From Planctomycetota bacterium (GTDB lineage: Bacteria > Planctomycetota > UBA11346), in assembly GCA_003136555.1 (NCBI GenBank), contig PLEW01000233.1, positions 6,067 to 70,066 on the forward strand: a stretch of DNA of 64,000 nucleotides, read 5' to 3'. Shown here one piece after another: positions 8,870-19,074 of this stretch; the stretch's first letter is position 1, and each line of letters starts with the position of its first letter. The translations under genes were made by a program, and so were the position numbers. A model generated the notes under the pieces. The model saw only the letters and a program-made list of their open reading frames with translations. It had not been told where the DNA came from and did not search any database.

Positions 8870-9532
8870 ATGATAGGATTGACCATGAACGCCTCGTCAC
8901 GCATGTCGCTCCCATCAGGGCAGCTGGAACCTCATGTCGAGGCAGCGGAACTGGCGGGATTCCCATCCCCGCCGGTGGAGCTGACGACGGGTGGGGGCTT
9001 GGCCGATCTCGCCCATCAACGCACCACGCTGGTCCTCAATGATGGCACGCAGGTCACCGTCAGACCGGTGCAGCCGGAGGACGAAGCGGGCCTGGTGGCC
9101 CTGCACCAGCAGCTCTCCCTGCACACCGTCCGCTTCCGCTACTTCATGGACATCCCGCTGATGACCCGCATCGCCCATGCACGGCTCGAGCGGGTCTGCC
9201 ATCCGGATCCGGCCAAGGAGGTGGTGCTCATCGCCGAGCATGTGCGGCAGGATGGGAGCACGGAAGTGATCGGTGTCGGCCGCATCAATCGCCAGCAGGA
9301 CCTCCAGGTCGGAGAGCTGGCGGTGCTGGTCGCCGATCATTGGCAGCGCCATACGCTCGGCTCCCGTCTTTTCGAGATGCTGATCGCCATCGCCAGGCAG
9401 GTGGGCCTCAAGCGGGTCTTCCTCAGCTTCCTGCCCGAAAACCGCATCATGCGCCTGCTTTGCGATCATCGCGGATTCACCGCGAGCGTGACGCCATCGC
9501 TGGTGACCGCCACCCTGGTGCTTGCGGGCTAG
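8870..9532 (+). CDS. GNAT-family N-acetyltransferase (Pat C-terminal-domain-like)
   Basis: VTVRPVQPEDEAGLVALH..., ELAVLVADHWQRHTLGSRLFEMLIAIAR (acetyl-CoA-binding Q/R-x-x-G-x-G/A-like segment), and FLPENRIMRLLCDHRGF. The start is uncertain (8870 or 8885). Confidence 0.75.
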   Translation: MIGLTMNASSRMSLPSGQLEPHVEAAELAGFPSPPVELTTGGGLADLAHQRTTLVLNDGTQVTVRPVQPEDEAGLVALHQQLSLHTVRFRYFMDIPLMTRIAHARLERVCHPDPAKEVVLIAEHVRQDGSTEVIGVGRINRQQDLQVGELAVLVADHWQRHTLGSRLFEMLIAIARQVGLKRVFLSFLPENRIMRLLCDHRGFTASVTPSLVTATLVLAG

Positions 9533-9563
9533 GGAGCGTCAGCGCGCGCCACAGTGGTGGCGA

Positions 9564-12392
9564 TCACGCCAGCGGCGGTGGGCAGCAGTGCATCAGCGCC
9601 TGGCGCAGCTCGGCGAGCTTGGGCGGTTTGGCCAGGACGTAATCCACATGCATCGGCAATTCACCATCCGCGACCATCGTCCGTCCCCAGCCGGTGAGCA
9701 GGATCACCGGCGTAGTCGCTGAGACGTCCTTGATTGCGCTGGCGACCTGGCGCCCGTCGCAGTGCGGCATACCCAGATCGGTGATCACCGCCGAGAAGCG
9801 CTCGGCCGTAGGCCAGGCTGTACGGAAGAGCTCGATGGCCCGGGTGCTTACATGCTCGGCGACCACCTGATGGCCGTCATCCTCTAGGATGGTGCGCAGC
9901 GAATTGAGCAGGATGGGATCATCATCGATGACCAGCAGGCGCAGACGCGCCGGGATCGACGAGAGGAGCGGCGGTGGCTCACCCTCGGTCCGGGTGTGCG
10001 GGATGGCGAAGGAGAGCCGCATGGTCGTCCCACGATTCACCTCGGTGTCGATCTCTATCTCCGCGTGGTGACGGCGGGCCATCCCGTAGACCATCGCCAA
10101 GCCGAGACCGCTGCCACGCTCCCCTTTGGTGGAGAAGAAGGGTTCCAAGCAGCGCCGGCGGGTCTCTTCATCCATGCCGATGCCGGTATCGCAGATCTCC
10201 ACGAGCACCCGCTCTGGGATGCGCACGCCGCCAGGTCCTGTGCGCGCCTCGGTGGTGCGGGTCGCCAGCGTCAGGGTGCCGCCGTCGGGCATGGCATCCA
10301 CGGCATTGAAGACCAGGTTGGTCAGCGCCTCGCGCACTTCACTGGCCACCCCCATGATCGCGGGCAGCGCCGGATCCAGGGAGGTCACCATTCGGATGAG
10401 CAGGCCTCGCTGCTGCGGCATGTCGTTCCAGCGCGCCCGCGTCAAGTCGATGACGTGCTGAACGAGCAGGTTGAGGTTGGCCGCTTCGAGGGCCAGCTGC
10501 GGCGGGCGCTGGCGGTAGAACTCGCCCAACCGGGCGATGGTGGAGGCGACATCGTCGATCGAACGGTACATGATCTCCAGGTACTTGCGCGCCCGATCGC
10601 TCAGCCCGGACTCTTTGCCCAGCAGCCATTCCGAATAGAGGGCCACAGGCGACAAGGCATTATTGATGTCATGGGCGATTCCGGCGGCCATTTCTCCGAG
10701 CGCACGCAGGCGCTCCTGCTGCATGGCGGCCTGCTGCGAACGGTGGAGGTCATGATAGGCCTGCTGCAGCGAGGTGTGCAGTTGAGATTGGTGCGCGGCG
10801 AGGGCGACATGATCGCCCAGCTGGCGCAGGAACTCGCAGTCGCCGCTGGTGAAGCCCTGTGGTTGACGGCGCGAAGCGATGATCATGCCGAAGAATGTGC
10901 TGTCCACTTGGAGGGGGGCGACGACCAGGGAACGCAGCCCCGCGGCTGCGAATTGGCGCGACAATGGCAGTTCGAGCAGGGCGAGATCCGGCTCATGGAT
11001 GAGCTGGCCATCTAGGCAGCAGGATAGCCCATTCGCAATCACGGGGATCGTTGAGAGTGCATGCAGTGAGAGGGAGTCGGCCATGGCCTGGCTGTGCGCG
11101 CCGATGCTGGCGATGGTCAGGCGATCGTATGGCGGTTCCAGCAGGCAGGCGCAGCAGAAATCGACGGGCAGGTCGTCCTCCAGGCTGTTGACCACGACCT
11201 GGAAGATGCTGGGCAGGTCTTGGCGCTCAGCGATGGCACGGGAGATGCGGTTCAGGAGGTGCAGGCGGGCCAGCTGCACCAGAAGGCGCCGTTCGGCGTT
11301 GGCCCTCTGGGTGATGTCGCGTGCGATCTTCGAGGCGCCAATGATGGTTCCGCTCGCATCGCGGATGGGCGAGACGGTGATGGAGACATCGATGTCCCTG
11401 CCGTCCTTGCGCCGCCGACGGGTATCGAAGTGATCGACGCACTTACCGGCCATGATGCGGTTGAGGATATGCGTCTCCTCCCCAGCCCGCTCTGGGGGGA
11501 TGCACATCAGGATCGGCCGGCCGATCGCCTCGCCAGCCGAGAAGCCGAACATCTTCTCGGCACCCGGATTCCACGACGTGATGATACCGTCGTTGGTCTT
11601 GCCGATAATTGCATCGTCCGAGGAGTCGACGATGGCAGCCAACTGCAGGCGATTCTCCTCCAGCTTCCGGACGGTGATGTCGCGTGCCACCATCGAGACG
11701 CCGATGGTGGCCTGCGCGGCATCGCGAATTGGGGTCATCGTCAGCGAGATGTGGATGGTGCTGCCGTCCTTGCGCCGACGCCTGGCATCGACGAGGTCGA
11801 GTGGTTCGCCCTGGGCTAGACGCTGGACGGTCGGTGACTGCTCGACCCAGGGCTCCTCAGGGGACAGCAGCGAGATCGATCGTCCGATCACCTCCTCGGG
11901 GGCATAGTTGAACATCCGGATCGCTCCGGTGCTCCAATGCGATATGACGCCGTCCAACTGGACGCCGATGATGGCATCGCTGGTGGCGTCGATGAGGGAG
12001 GCGAGGCGTTCGCGTTCGGCGCTCTTGCGCTCGGTCACGTCGCGGATGGCGCTGGCGACATAGAGGCCTTCCGCAGTCCTGATCGGATTCAGGCTGATCT
12101 CGATCTCGAACTCGCTGCCGTCCCTGCGCTTGCCCCAGAGATCCAGTCCGGAGCCCATCGCCCGCCGCTTCGGCTGGGACAGGAAGCGCGTCCGGTGCTG
12201 GAGATGCTGCTGATGGAACCGTTCTGGTATGAGCAGCTCCACCGGTTGGCCGACGAGATCGGGACGTGCGTAGCCGAACAGCTGAATCGCCTGCTCATTG
12301 ACCTCGACCATGGACCCGATGCTGTCGATGATCACAATGGCATCCGGCACGACGTCGAGAACGCCAGGGAATGATGCCGCGACCGCTGTCAT
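9564..12392 (-). CDS. Hybrid sensor histidine kinase: 3 PAS + GAF + HisKA + HATPase_c + receiver
   Basis: Three PAS-like repeats (for example DAIIGKTNDGIITSWNPGAEKMFGF...IARDITQR) and a GAF-like segment. H-box AAGIAHDINNALSP. G-boxes DTGIGMD and GSGLGLAMV. C-terminal receiver LLVIDDDP...VITDLGMP. Confidence 0.9.
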   Translation of the reverse strand: MTAVAASFPGVLDVVPDAIVIIDSIGSMVEVNEQAIQLFGYARPDLVGQPVELLIPERFHQQHLQHRTRFLSQPKRRAMGSGLDLWGKRRDGSEFEIEISLNPIRTAEGLYVASAIRDVTERKSAERERLASLIDATSDAIIGVQLDGVISHWSTGAIRMFNYAPEEVIGRSISLLSPEEPWVEQSPTVQRLAQGEPLDLVDARRRRKDGSTIHISLTMTPIRDAAQATIGVSMVARDITVRKLEENRLQLAAIVDSSDDAIIGKTNDGIITSWNPGAEKMFGFSAGEAIGRPILMCIPPERAGEETHILNRIMAGKCVDHFDTRRRRKDGRDIDVSITVSPIRDASGTIIGASKIARDITQRANAERRLLVQLARLHLLNRISRAIAERQDLPSIFQVVVNSLEDDLPVDFCCACLLEPPYDRLTIASIGAHSQAMADSLSLHALSTIPVIANGLSCCLDGQLIHEPDLALLELPLSRQFAAAGLRSLVVAPLQVDSTFFGMIIASRRQPQGFTSGDCEFLRQLGDHVALAAHQSQLHTSLQQAYHDLHRSQQAAMQQERLRALGEMAAGIAHDINNALSPVALYSEWLLGKESGLSDRARKYLEIMYRSIDDVASTIARLGEFYRQRPPQLALEAANLNLLVQHVIDLTRARWNDMPQQRGLLIRMVTSLDPALPAIMGVASEVREALTNLVFNAVDAMPDGGTLTLATRTTEARTGPGGVRIPERVLVEICDTGIGMDEETRRRCLEPFFSTKGERGSGLGLAMVYGMARRHHAEIEIDTEVNRGTTMRLSFAIPHTRTEGEPPPLLSSIPARLRLLVIDDDPILLNSLRTILEDDGHQVVAEHVSTRAIELFRTAWPTAERFSAVITDLGMPHCDGRQVASAIKDVSATTPVILLTGWGRTMVADGELPMHVDYVLAKPPKLAELRQALMHCCPPPLA

Positions 12393-13077
12393 GACGGGCT
12401 CACGCGGCTAAGCATGCAGCTGGCTGGACGCTGGAGCCAGCTGGGGAGCAAGTGCATGCGTGCGAGAACGGTCCACTCGCCTCAATCGATGCCGTGCTGT
12501 CGCTCCAGGTTCAGCAGCGCAAGTGGACGGGCCGATGCAGCGCGCGGAGCAGAGCAACGGGCCAGCAGGGTGGATCCTGGCAGGGGGTGATGCCATCCAC
12601 CTGGGTCTCAGCCGGTCCCGCTGCCACATATGCTGTGTCACTGATTTCCATCTCCACCGGGGCGTCCCGTTCGCAGCGCTTTGGGCAGCGCCATACTCTA
12701 ATCAACTACAACAGATGTAGAAATATTAAGACCGACTTATCTACAATTAAGCGTACTCGGCCCGGGGTTCCAGAGAAGAGGAAATTAATCACCCACAAGT
12801 CATGTATTTCTAGACGATTGCACGCAATGCAAGGGTCTGGCCAAAGCGTGCGGGCGTGTGCCACCTTTGGGGGTGGCCGCGAGCCCAGCGGGGCGCTAGG
12901 AGGGCCTAAGCCACGGTGGCATCACGAGTCGGCAGGAAGGCCGCATGCGGCGGTTTGGCGTGGTCGCTAGGCCTGACGCTGCCGGCTCATGTCATGTTTG
13001 GGGGAGCGAGGAGGAGCCGGCCGTGCTGCGCGCTACATGCGGTCACCGCCAGAAGTGGCAGGACCGACGTCCGCTCA

Positions 13078-15567
13078 TCACCCCTGGGTGCCGAGCGGGG
13101 CCAATGGGGGCACTAGCGGGAGCGCTTGCGCAGGCGTCGACCGGTCTGGAGTGCTGGCGAGGAAATAGCGCCCGGCCGAGGCCATGGCCACGGCGGTGAT
13201 CGAACTGAGCGGCATCGCCACCGCACAGAGGTAGGGGCCCCAGACACCCATCATCGCCAGGACGATTCCGGCAGCATTATAGACCAGCGAGATGGCGAGG
13301 ATGAGGCGAACCTGGGCATTGGCAGCGGCGCAGCCGGCAAGCAGCTCCTGCAGCCCCTGCCAGGCGTCATTGCGGGCCACGAACACCTGGCAGCTGGCGA
13401 TCGCTGCCTCGACTCCGCCGCGTAGGCCGATGGCGAGATCGGCACGGGCGAGGGCGGCGGCATCGTTGACGCCATCTCCGATGACAGCGACCGCCCCCGA
13501 GCGGTGGAGCATGGTGACCAGGTCGGCCTTGTCCTCTGGCGCCATGCCGCCATGGATCTCCTCGGTGGAGAAGCCGAGCTCCGCTCCGACCGCATGCGCT
13601 ACGCGTGGATCATCGCCCGAGCAGAGATGGGTGGAGATGCCGGCCGCGCGCAGCTGGGTGAGCAGCGCCGCGGCTCCCGGGCGGATGGGATCGGTACAGG
13701 CGATGTGCGCCAGCACGACACCGTCGAGGGTGACGGCGATCACCGTGTCCTCAGGCCCATCGAGCCGCATGGCACCGCACTCGACCCCGGTGAGGCGCTG
13801 ATTGCCGATGCACAGCACGCCCCGTTCGGTCTGGCAGCGCAGTCCCTGACCGGGGATCTCAGACCACTCGGTGATCGGGAGCACGGCGGATAGTCCCAGC
13901 TCAGTGCTGATGGCGAGAGCGAGCGGATGCTGCGAACGGGCTTCGGCGGCGGCCACCGCCATGCGCCCCCACTCCTGCAGCGCGGCGTCGCCGCTTTGCC
14001 ACTGCCAGGCGACCACCCGCAGGCGGCCCTCAGTAAGCGTGCCGGTCTTGTCGAAGACCAGATGGCGGATGTTACCGCCACCCGCACGCATGCCGCCGAG
14101 GGCTTCCAGCGCACCGGCATCGCGCACCAGGATGCCGCGTACCGCTGCGCGTGAGACCGCCAGGGCCTGGACCAGGGGTGTCGCCAAGCCGAGGGCGCAC
14201 GGGCAGCTGACCAGCACCAGGGCGATGGCGCGCTCGAGGCCGCGAACTCCACCGCCCGGACCACCAGTGAGCCAGGATACCAGGATGGTGCCCAAGGCAG
14301 CTGCGGTCACCGAGAGGATGAAGATGGTCTGCAAGCGGTCGGCGATGCGGATCAGGGCGGTTGGGCGGGAGGCCGCATCCCCGATGGCGCTCAGCACCCG
14401 GCCCATGCGGGTCGCAGCACCGGTCGCGCCCACCTGCAGGCAGAGATGGTCGGCGAGGCAGGTGGTACCTGCGAAGACGATGTCGCCAGGGACCAGCTGC
14501 ACCGGCCGCGATTCGCCGCTGAGGGCGGCGGCATCGATGCTCGCCGGCGCATCCTGCAACAGGCCATCGCAGGGGACGACCTCGCCGTTGAGCACCTCGA
14601 CGCGATCCCCTGGGCGCAGCTCCGCGGTCTGGACGTTCTCGGTTCTGCCGGACGGCCCTGTGCGCCGAGCCACCAGCGGCATTAGGTGGTCCAGCGCCTC
14701 GGTCGCATTGGCGACCCGGCTGCCGGCGGCCAGCACCGCTACCCTGCCGGCGAGCAGCAGGGCGACGAACATGGTCACGGCATCGAAGTACAGTTCGCGC
14801 GACCCCTGCAGCAGGTTGACGATGCTGGCCACCACCCCGACCAGGATCACCAGGGTGGCGCTGACATCCATGGTCAGCCGGCCATGGCGGAGCGCCGTGA
14901 TGGCGGCGCGGTAGAAGGGTGCCGCCCCGTAGGTCAGTCCCGGGACCGCCAAGCCGAAGGCGCACAGACCGAACATCCGGGTGGCGCTCGGGTCGAGATC
15001 GCGGGTCATCTCGCCGGCATAGAGGTTGAGCGAGAGGTGCATCGCCCCCAGCGCGGAGGCGGAGGCGATCGCCAGGCGGATCAGCAGATGGCGGCGTTCA
15101 TCACGACGATGGGTGCTGGCCTGGGCGAACGGCTTGGCGCGGTAGCCGAGCGACCCCAGCAGGCGCACCTGTGCGGCGGGAGAGCTGTGCGTCGGGTCGA
15201 AGACCACGGTCAGCCGCCCGGTGGCGATGCTGACGCGGGCGCAGCGCACCCCATGGTCGATCCGGGGCAGCTGCTCGAGCAGCCAGACGCAGGCGGCGCA
15301 GTGCATGCCCACCACATGCCAGCGGACCTCGCTCAGGCCATCCTTCCGGCCGACTACCACCGCAGCGAGGGCGTCGCGCTCGGCGCTCACATCGGCGCTC
15401 GGTGTGGTGATGCGCTCTGCCGATTGTCCGCGCAGGCGGTAGAAGTCGCTCAGTCCACAGGCGTTGATCACCGCATGCGCCGCCTGGCAGCCCGGACAGC
15501 AGAAGTCCTGGTCGGCCGGGGCGAGGGAGGTGGCGCAGTGCTGGCAGAGACGGGCGCTCTCAGGCAT
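13078..15567 (-). CDS. ccoI: Heavy-metal (Cu) translocating P1B-type ATPase, CcoI/FixI-like
   Basis: N-terminal CQHC...CCPGCQ metal-binding domain, membrane CPC (VSCPCALGLATP), DKTGTLT phosphorylation site and GDGVNDAAAL hinge. Adjacent and divergent to the cbb3 operon. Confidence 0.88.
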   Translation of the reverse strand: MPESARLCQHCATSLAPADQDFCCPGCQAAHAVINACGLSDFYRLRGQSAERITTPSADVSAERDALAAVVVGRKDGLSEVRWHVVGMHCAACVWLLEQLPRIDHGVRCARVSIATGRLTVVFDPTHSSPAAQVRLLGSLGYRAKPFAQASTHRRDERRHLLIRLAIASASALGAMHLSLNLYAGEMTRDLDPSATRMFGLCAFGLAVPGLTYGAAPFYRAAITALRHGRLTMDVSATLVILVGVVASIVNLLQGSRELYFDAVTMFVALLLAGRVAVLAAGSRVANATEALDHLMPLVARRTGPSGRTENVQTAELRPGDRVEVLNGEVVPCDGLLQDAPASIDAAALSGESRPVQLVPGDIVFAGTTCLADHLCLQVGATGAATRMGRVLSAIGDAASRPTALIRIADRLQTIFILSVTAAALGTILVSWLTGGPGGGVRGLERAIALVLVSCPCALGLATPLVQALAVSRAAVRGILVRDAGALEALGGMRAGGGNIRHLVFDKTGTLTEGRLRVVAWQWQSGDAALQEWGRMAVAAAEARSQHPLALAISTELGLSAVLPITEWSEIPGQGLRCQTERGVLCIGNQRLTGVECGAMRLDGPEDTVIAVTLDGVVLAHIACTDPIRPGAAALLTQLRAAGISTHLCSGDDPRVAHAVGAELGFSTEEIHGGMAPEDKADLVTMLHRSGAVAVIGDGVNDAAALARADLAIGLRGGVEAAIASCQVFVARNDAWQGLQELLAGCAAANAQVRLILAISLVYNAAGIVLAMMGVWGPYLCAVAMPLSSITAVAMASAGRYFLASTPDRSTPAQALPLVPPLAPLGTQG

Positions 15568-15570
15568 GAG

Positions 15571-16332
15571 TCACACCGGGCTCAGGTGATGGCAGCACGC
15601 CGCCGCGCTCCGGCTGATGGCCATGAAGAGGATCCATGCGCCGCTGAAGGCGAGCGAGGCCGAGGGCAGCCAGCGTCCGCACCAGGTGCGCAGCCCTCCG
15701 CGCCACCGGCTGGCGACGGCGGTGATGGCGGTGGAGGCGGCCAGGGCCGGCGTGGTCATCGCTACCAGGATCACCATCACCAGCGCGCCCTGCAGCGGGT
15801 CGGCGCTGGCCGCAGCGAGGCCGAGCGCCCACAGCACGATGCCGCAGGGGAGGAACGCCATCGCCGCGCCCAGCGCGGCGGCAGCGAACACCGGCCGGCG
15901 GGCGAGGCGCGCCGGCAGCGCGCGCAGCAGCAGGGCAGCGACCGGGGTGGACGAGCCCGTGCGGCTGATCAGGCGAGCGAGGCTGGCGGGATGGCCGAGC
16001 TTGACCAGCGCGGCGATGAAGAATGCCGCCGCCAGGGCGATGCCCAGCCACAGCTCGCCACCATGCAGATCCTTGGCGATGCCAGCTCCGGTCCAGCCCG
16101 CTGCCGCGCCCAGCAGGGCGTAGACGGCGGCGCGTACGAACTGATAAGCGCCGAGCTGGCTGATCACCGTGCGCGTGGAGGGGGGATCGCCGGGAGCGAG
16201 GGCGCCAAGCCTGCCGATGCGCAGTCCCACGACCAGCGGACCGCACATGCCGGCGCAGTGGACCGAGGTCCAGGCCAGGCCGAGGCCGAGCACCAGGCCG
16301 GCGGCCTGCCAGGTCAGCTGCGGATCGCTCAT
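15571..16332 (-). CDS. DsbD_2/TauE-like polytopic membrane protein
   Basis: HCAGMCGPL motif in the first TM segment, with about 6-7 hydrophobic segments. Its stop lies 3 nt upstream of the ccoI start, so the same operon. Antisense ORFs 14686..16377 and 15560..16348 are judged shadows. Confidence 0.7.
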   Translation of the reverse strand: MSDPQLTWQAAGLVLGLGLAWTSVHCAGMCGPLVVGLRIGRLGALAPGDPPSTRTVISQLGAYQFVRAAVYALLGAAAGWTGAGIAKDLHGGELWLGIALAAAFFIAALVKLGHPASLARLISRTGSSTPVAALLLRALPARLARRPVFAAAALGAAMAFLPCGIVLWALGLAAASADPLQGALVMVILVAMTTPALAASTAITAVASRWRGGLRTWCGRWLPSASLAFSGAWILFMAISRSAAACCHHLSPV

Positions 16333-16385
16333 GCGAGCAGCGTGCCATTCTGCGTCTCCATGTCTATGACAATTTGATTGTTTAA

Positions 16386-16399
16386 AGATATAAATATCC
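16386..16399. promoter_or_regulatory. Candidate operator site 6 of 7: AGATAT-AA-ATATCC
   Basis: AT-rich core of the 114-bp divergent region between the ccoI-side operon and ccoS. 48 nt upstream of ccoS ATG 16447. Followed by GTTTACAT. Confidence 0.55.
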
Positions 16400-16446
16400 G
16401 TTTACATTTTGAAAACCGGGTGTAATTTCCCCTCCGCGAACCACAC

Positions 16447-16647
16447 ATGTCCATGCTCTTCCTCTTCACTGGCATCGCCCTGGCGATCTTCGCGATCGCC
16501 GTGGCCCTGCTGATCCTCCTGATCCGCTCCGGCCAGCTCGACGATCTCGATACGCCGCCGCTGCGGCTGCTGGCAGACGATCCACCTGTCGAGGCCCCCC
16601 CCGGCCCGACGCGACCCGACTCAAGGACCCCACCCCATGACCAGTGA
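16447..16647 (+). CDS. ccoS: cbb3 oxidase maturation protein CcoS/FixS
   Basis: Single TM segment followed by SGQLDDLDTPPLRLLADD, which matches the CcoS GQ(F/L)DDL motif. Overlaps the ccoNO start by 11 nt. Confidence 0.8.
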   Translation: MSMLFLFTGIALAIFAIAVALLILLIRSGQLDDLDTPPLRLLADDPPVEAPPGPTRPDSRTPPHDQ

Positions 16648-18889
16648 CGCCGTTACCGGAGAACCCGCCACCCCCGCAGCAGCCACGCTCGACACCTTCG
16701 CCTACGACAACCGCTCGGTCCGCGACTTCATCATCGCGACCGTGGTCTGGGGCCTCGTCGGCATGCTCGTCGGAGTGCTGATCGCACTGCAGCTCGCCTG
16801 GCCCGCAGCCAATTTCGACCTCCCCTGGCTGAGCTACGGCCGCATCCGGCCGCTGCATACCAACGCGGTGGTGTTCGCCTTCGCCGGCAACGCCATCTTC
16901 GCCGGATTCTACTATTCGCTGCAGCGCCTGCTCAAGGCGCGCATGTACAGCGATGTGCTGTCGCGCATCAACTTCTGGGGCTGGCAGCTGATCATCCTCG
17001 CGGCGGCGATCACCCTGCCGCTGGGCAAGACCACTAGCAAGGAGTACGCCGAGCTGGAATGGCCGATCAAGATCGCCATCGCCGTGGTGTGGGTCGCCTT
17101 CGGCATCAACATGATCGGCACCATCCTCAAGCGGCGCGAGCGCCATCTCTATGTCGCGATCTGGTTCTACATCGCCACCTTCCTCGGCATCACCATGCTG
17201 CACGTGATCAACGGCCTGGCGGTTCCGGTATCGTTCCTCAAGTCCTATCCAGTCTATGCCGGGGTGCAGGATGCGCTGGTGGAGTGGTGGTACGGCCATA
17301 ACGCCGTCGCCTTTTTCCTCACCACGCCCTTCCTCGGGATGATGTACTATTTCCTGCCCAAGGCCGCCGAGCGTCCGATCTACAGCTACCGCCTATCGAT
17401 CGTGCACTTCTGGTCGCTGATCTTCCTCTACATCTGGGCCGGTCCCCATCATCTCCTGAATACCGCCCTGCCGGAATGGGCCCAGACCCTTGGGGTGGTG
17501 TTCAGCGTGATGCTGATCGCCCCGTCGTGGGGCGGCATGATCAACGGCCTGCTGACCTTGCGCGGCGCCTGGGACAAGGTGCGCACCAGCGCGGTGCTCA
17601 AGTTCCTGGTCGGCGCGGTGACCTTCTACGGCATGGCGACCTTCGAGGGCTGCCTGCTCGCACTGCGCGATGTCAATGCCCTCAGCCACGACACCGACTG
17701 GACCATCGGCCATGTCCACAGCGGCGCCCTCGGCTGGGTCGGCCTGCTGACCTTCGGCATCATCTACTGGATGATCCCGCGCCTGTGCCGCACCACGCTG
17801 TGGTCCGAAGCGATGGCCAACCTGCACTTCTGGATCGCCACCATCGGCATCTGCATCTACGCCGTGGCAATGTGGATCGCTGGCATCACCGAGGGATCGA
17901 TGCAGCTGGCCTTCGACAGCAACTCGCACCTGGTCTACCGCGACTGGTCCGAGATCGTGCGCGCCACCATCCCCTTCTTCTGGGTGCGCCTGGGCGCCGG
18001 TCTGATCTACCTGGCCGGCATGGTGCTGTGCGCGATCAACGTGTTCCAGACCATCTGCCACGGCAAGCCGGTGCAGGATGAGACCGTCCAGGCGCCGCCC
18101 CTGATCCGCGACACCGAATACGTGGCGCAGATCGATGCCGCGCTGTCGAAGTCGGGATGGCGAGATTTCTCGACCTCGATGCACAGCCTGGTCGAGCGCT
18201 GGCCCGCGGTGATGATCCTGTTCGCCGCCGGCGCATTGGCGATCGGCGGGCTGTGCGAGATCGTGCCGAATATGATCCAGGGCGCGCTGTCGCCCAAAAT
18301 CGCCTCGGTCACGCCCTATACCCCGCTCGAGCTGACCGGACGCGACATCTACATCCGCGAGGGGTGCAGCAACTGCCATACCCAGATGATCCGCACCCTG
18401 CGCGCCGAGACCGAACGCTATGGCGGCCAGTACACCAGGCCCGGGGAGGGCATCTACGACCGCCCCTTCCTCTGGGGTTCGAAGCGCACGGGCCCCGATC
18501 TCGGTCGCGAAGGCGTGCTGCGGCCCTCCGCCGCCTGGCATTACTACCATCTGCAGCGCCCCTCGTCGATGTCGACCGTGACGGTCATGCCGAACTATCC
18601 CTGGCTGATCAGCGATGACATGGATCTCAGCGACATCGGCACCAAGCTCGCGGTGCTGGCAGGCATGCCGATGTTCACCCCCTACAAGGCGGCCGACATC
18701 GAGCAGGCCGAGAGCAATGCGCGGGCGCAGGCACTCGTGGTGGCCAACGAGCTGCGCAAGGAGCCGCGCCTGAAGGACGACAAGGACCTCGAGAAGAAGG
18801 AGATCGTCGCCGTGATCGCCTACCTCCAACGGCTCGGCACCGATCTCGGGAAACCGTCTCCCGCGACGGTGAGCACAGCAGGACACTGA
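16637..18889 (+). CDS. ccoNO: Fused cbb3-type cytochrome c oxidase subunits I and II (CcoN-CcoO)
   Basis: 750 aa. Heme-copper oxidase core with conserved His-containing helices (HFWSLIFLYIWAGPHH, TIGHVHSGALGWV). C-terminal CcoO part with a TM segment, heme site CSNCHTQMIR and FLWGSKRTGPDL. Confidence 0.95.
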   Translation: MTSDAVTGEPATPAAATLDTFAYDNRSVRDFIIATVVWGLVGMLVGVLIALQLAWPAANFDLPWLSYGRIRPLHTNAVVFAFAGNAIFAGFYYSLQRLLKARMYSDVLSRINFWGWQLIILAAAITLPLGKTTSKEYAELEWPIKIAIAVVWVAFGINMIGTILKRRERHLYVAIWFYIATFLGITMLHVINGLAVPVSFLKSYPVYAGVQDALVEWWYGHNAVAFFLTTPFLGMMYYFLPKAAERPIYSYRLSIVHFWSLIFLYIWAGPHHLLNTALPEWAQTLGVVFSVMLIAPSWGGMINGLLTLRGAWDKVRTSAVLKFLVGAVTFYGMATFEGCLLALRDVNALSHDTDWTIGHVHSGALGWVGLLTFGIIYWMIPRLCRTTLWSEAMANLHFWIATIGICIYAVAMWIAGITEGSMQLAFDSNSHLVYRDWSEIVRATIPFFWVRLGAGLIYLAGMVLCAINVFQTICHGKPVQDETVQAPPLIRDTEYVAQIDAALSKSGWRDFSTSMHSLVERWPAVMILFAAGALAIGGLCEIVPNMIQGALSPKIASVTPYTPLELTGRDIYIREGCSNCHTQMIRTLRAETERYGGQYTRPGEGIYDRPFLWGSKRTGPDLGREGVLRPSAAWHYYHLQRPSSMSTVTVMPNYPWLISDDMDLSDIGTKLAVLAGMPMFTPYKAADIEQAESNARAQALVVANELRKEPRLKDDKDLEKKEIVAVIAYLQRLGTDLGKPSPATVSTAGH

Positions 18890-18891
18890 TC

Positions 18892-19074
18892 ATGCAAAAC
18901 TACCTCAACGCCCATCCGAACAGCCTCGCCCTCTTCGCCTTGCTGCTGTTCGTCGGACTCGCAAGCCTAGTCGTGCTCTACATCGCCACCGACCGCCGCA
19001 AGGCGCATCATCGGCGCATGGAGAGCATGGCCCTCGATGACGACAACCAGCAGAAAGGAACCCCGCATGTCTAG
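18892..19074 (+). CDS. CcoQ/FixQ-like small subunit
   Basis: 60 aa with a single TM segment, followed by TDRRKAHHRRMESMALDDD. In the position between ccoNO and ccoP. Confidence 0.6.
   Translation: MQNYLNAHPNSLALFALLLFVGLASLVVLYIATDRRKAHHRRMESMALDDDNQQKGTPHV

Noticed and set aside
17393-18886. 497-aa minus-strand ORF antisense to ccoNO. Similar long antisense ORFs occur at 5417..6463, 6715..7830, 14686..16377, 18905..20755, 24497..25441, 40695..41921, 46787..48007, 47298..48377, 51079..53310, 55124..57289 and 58019..59206.
   Set aside because: These are typical high-GC shadow ORFs. Their composition is Arg/Gly/Ala/Asp/His-rich with no motifs. Each lies fully inside a gene on the opposite strand that has clear family signatures.
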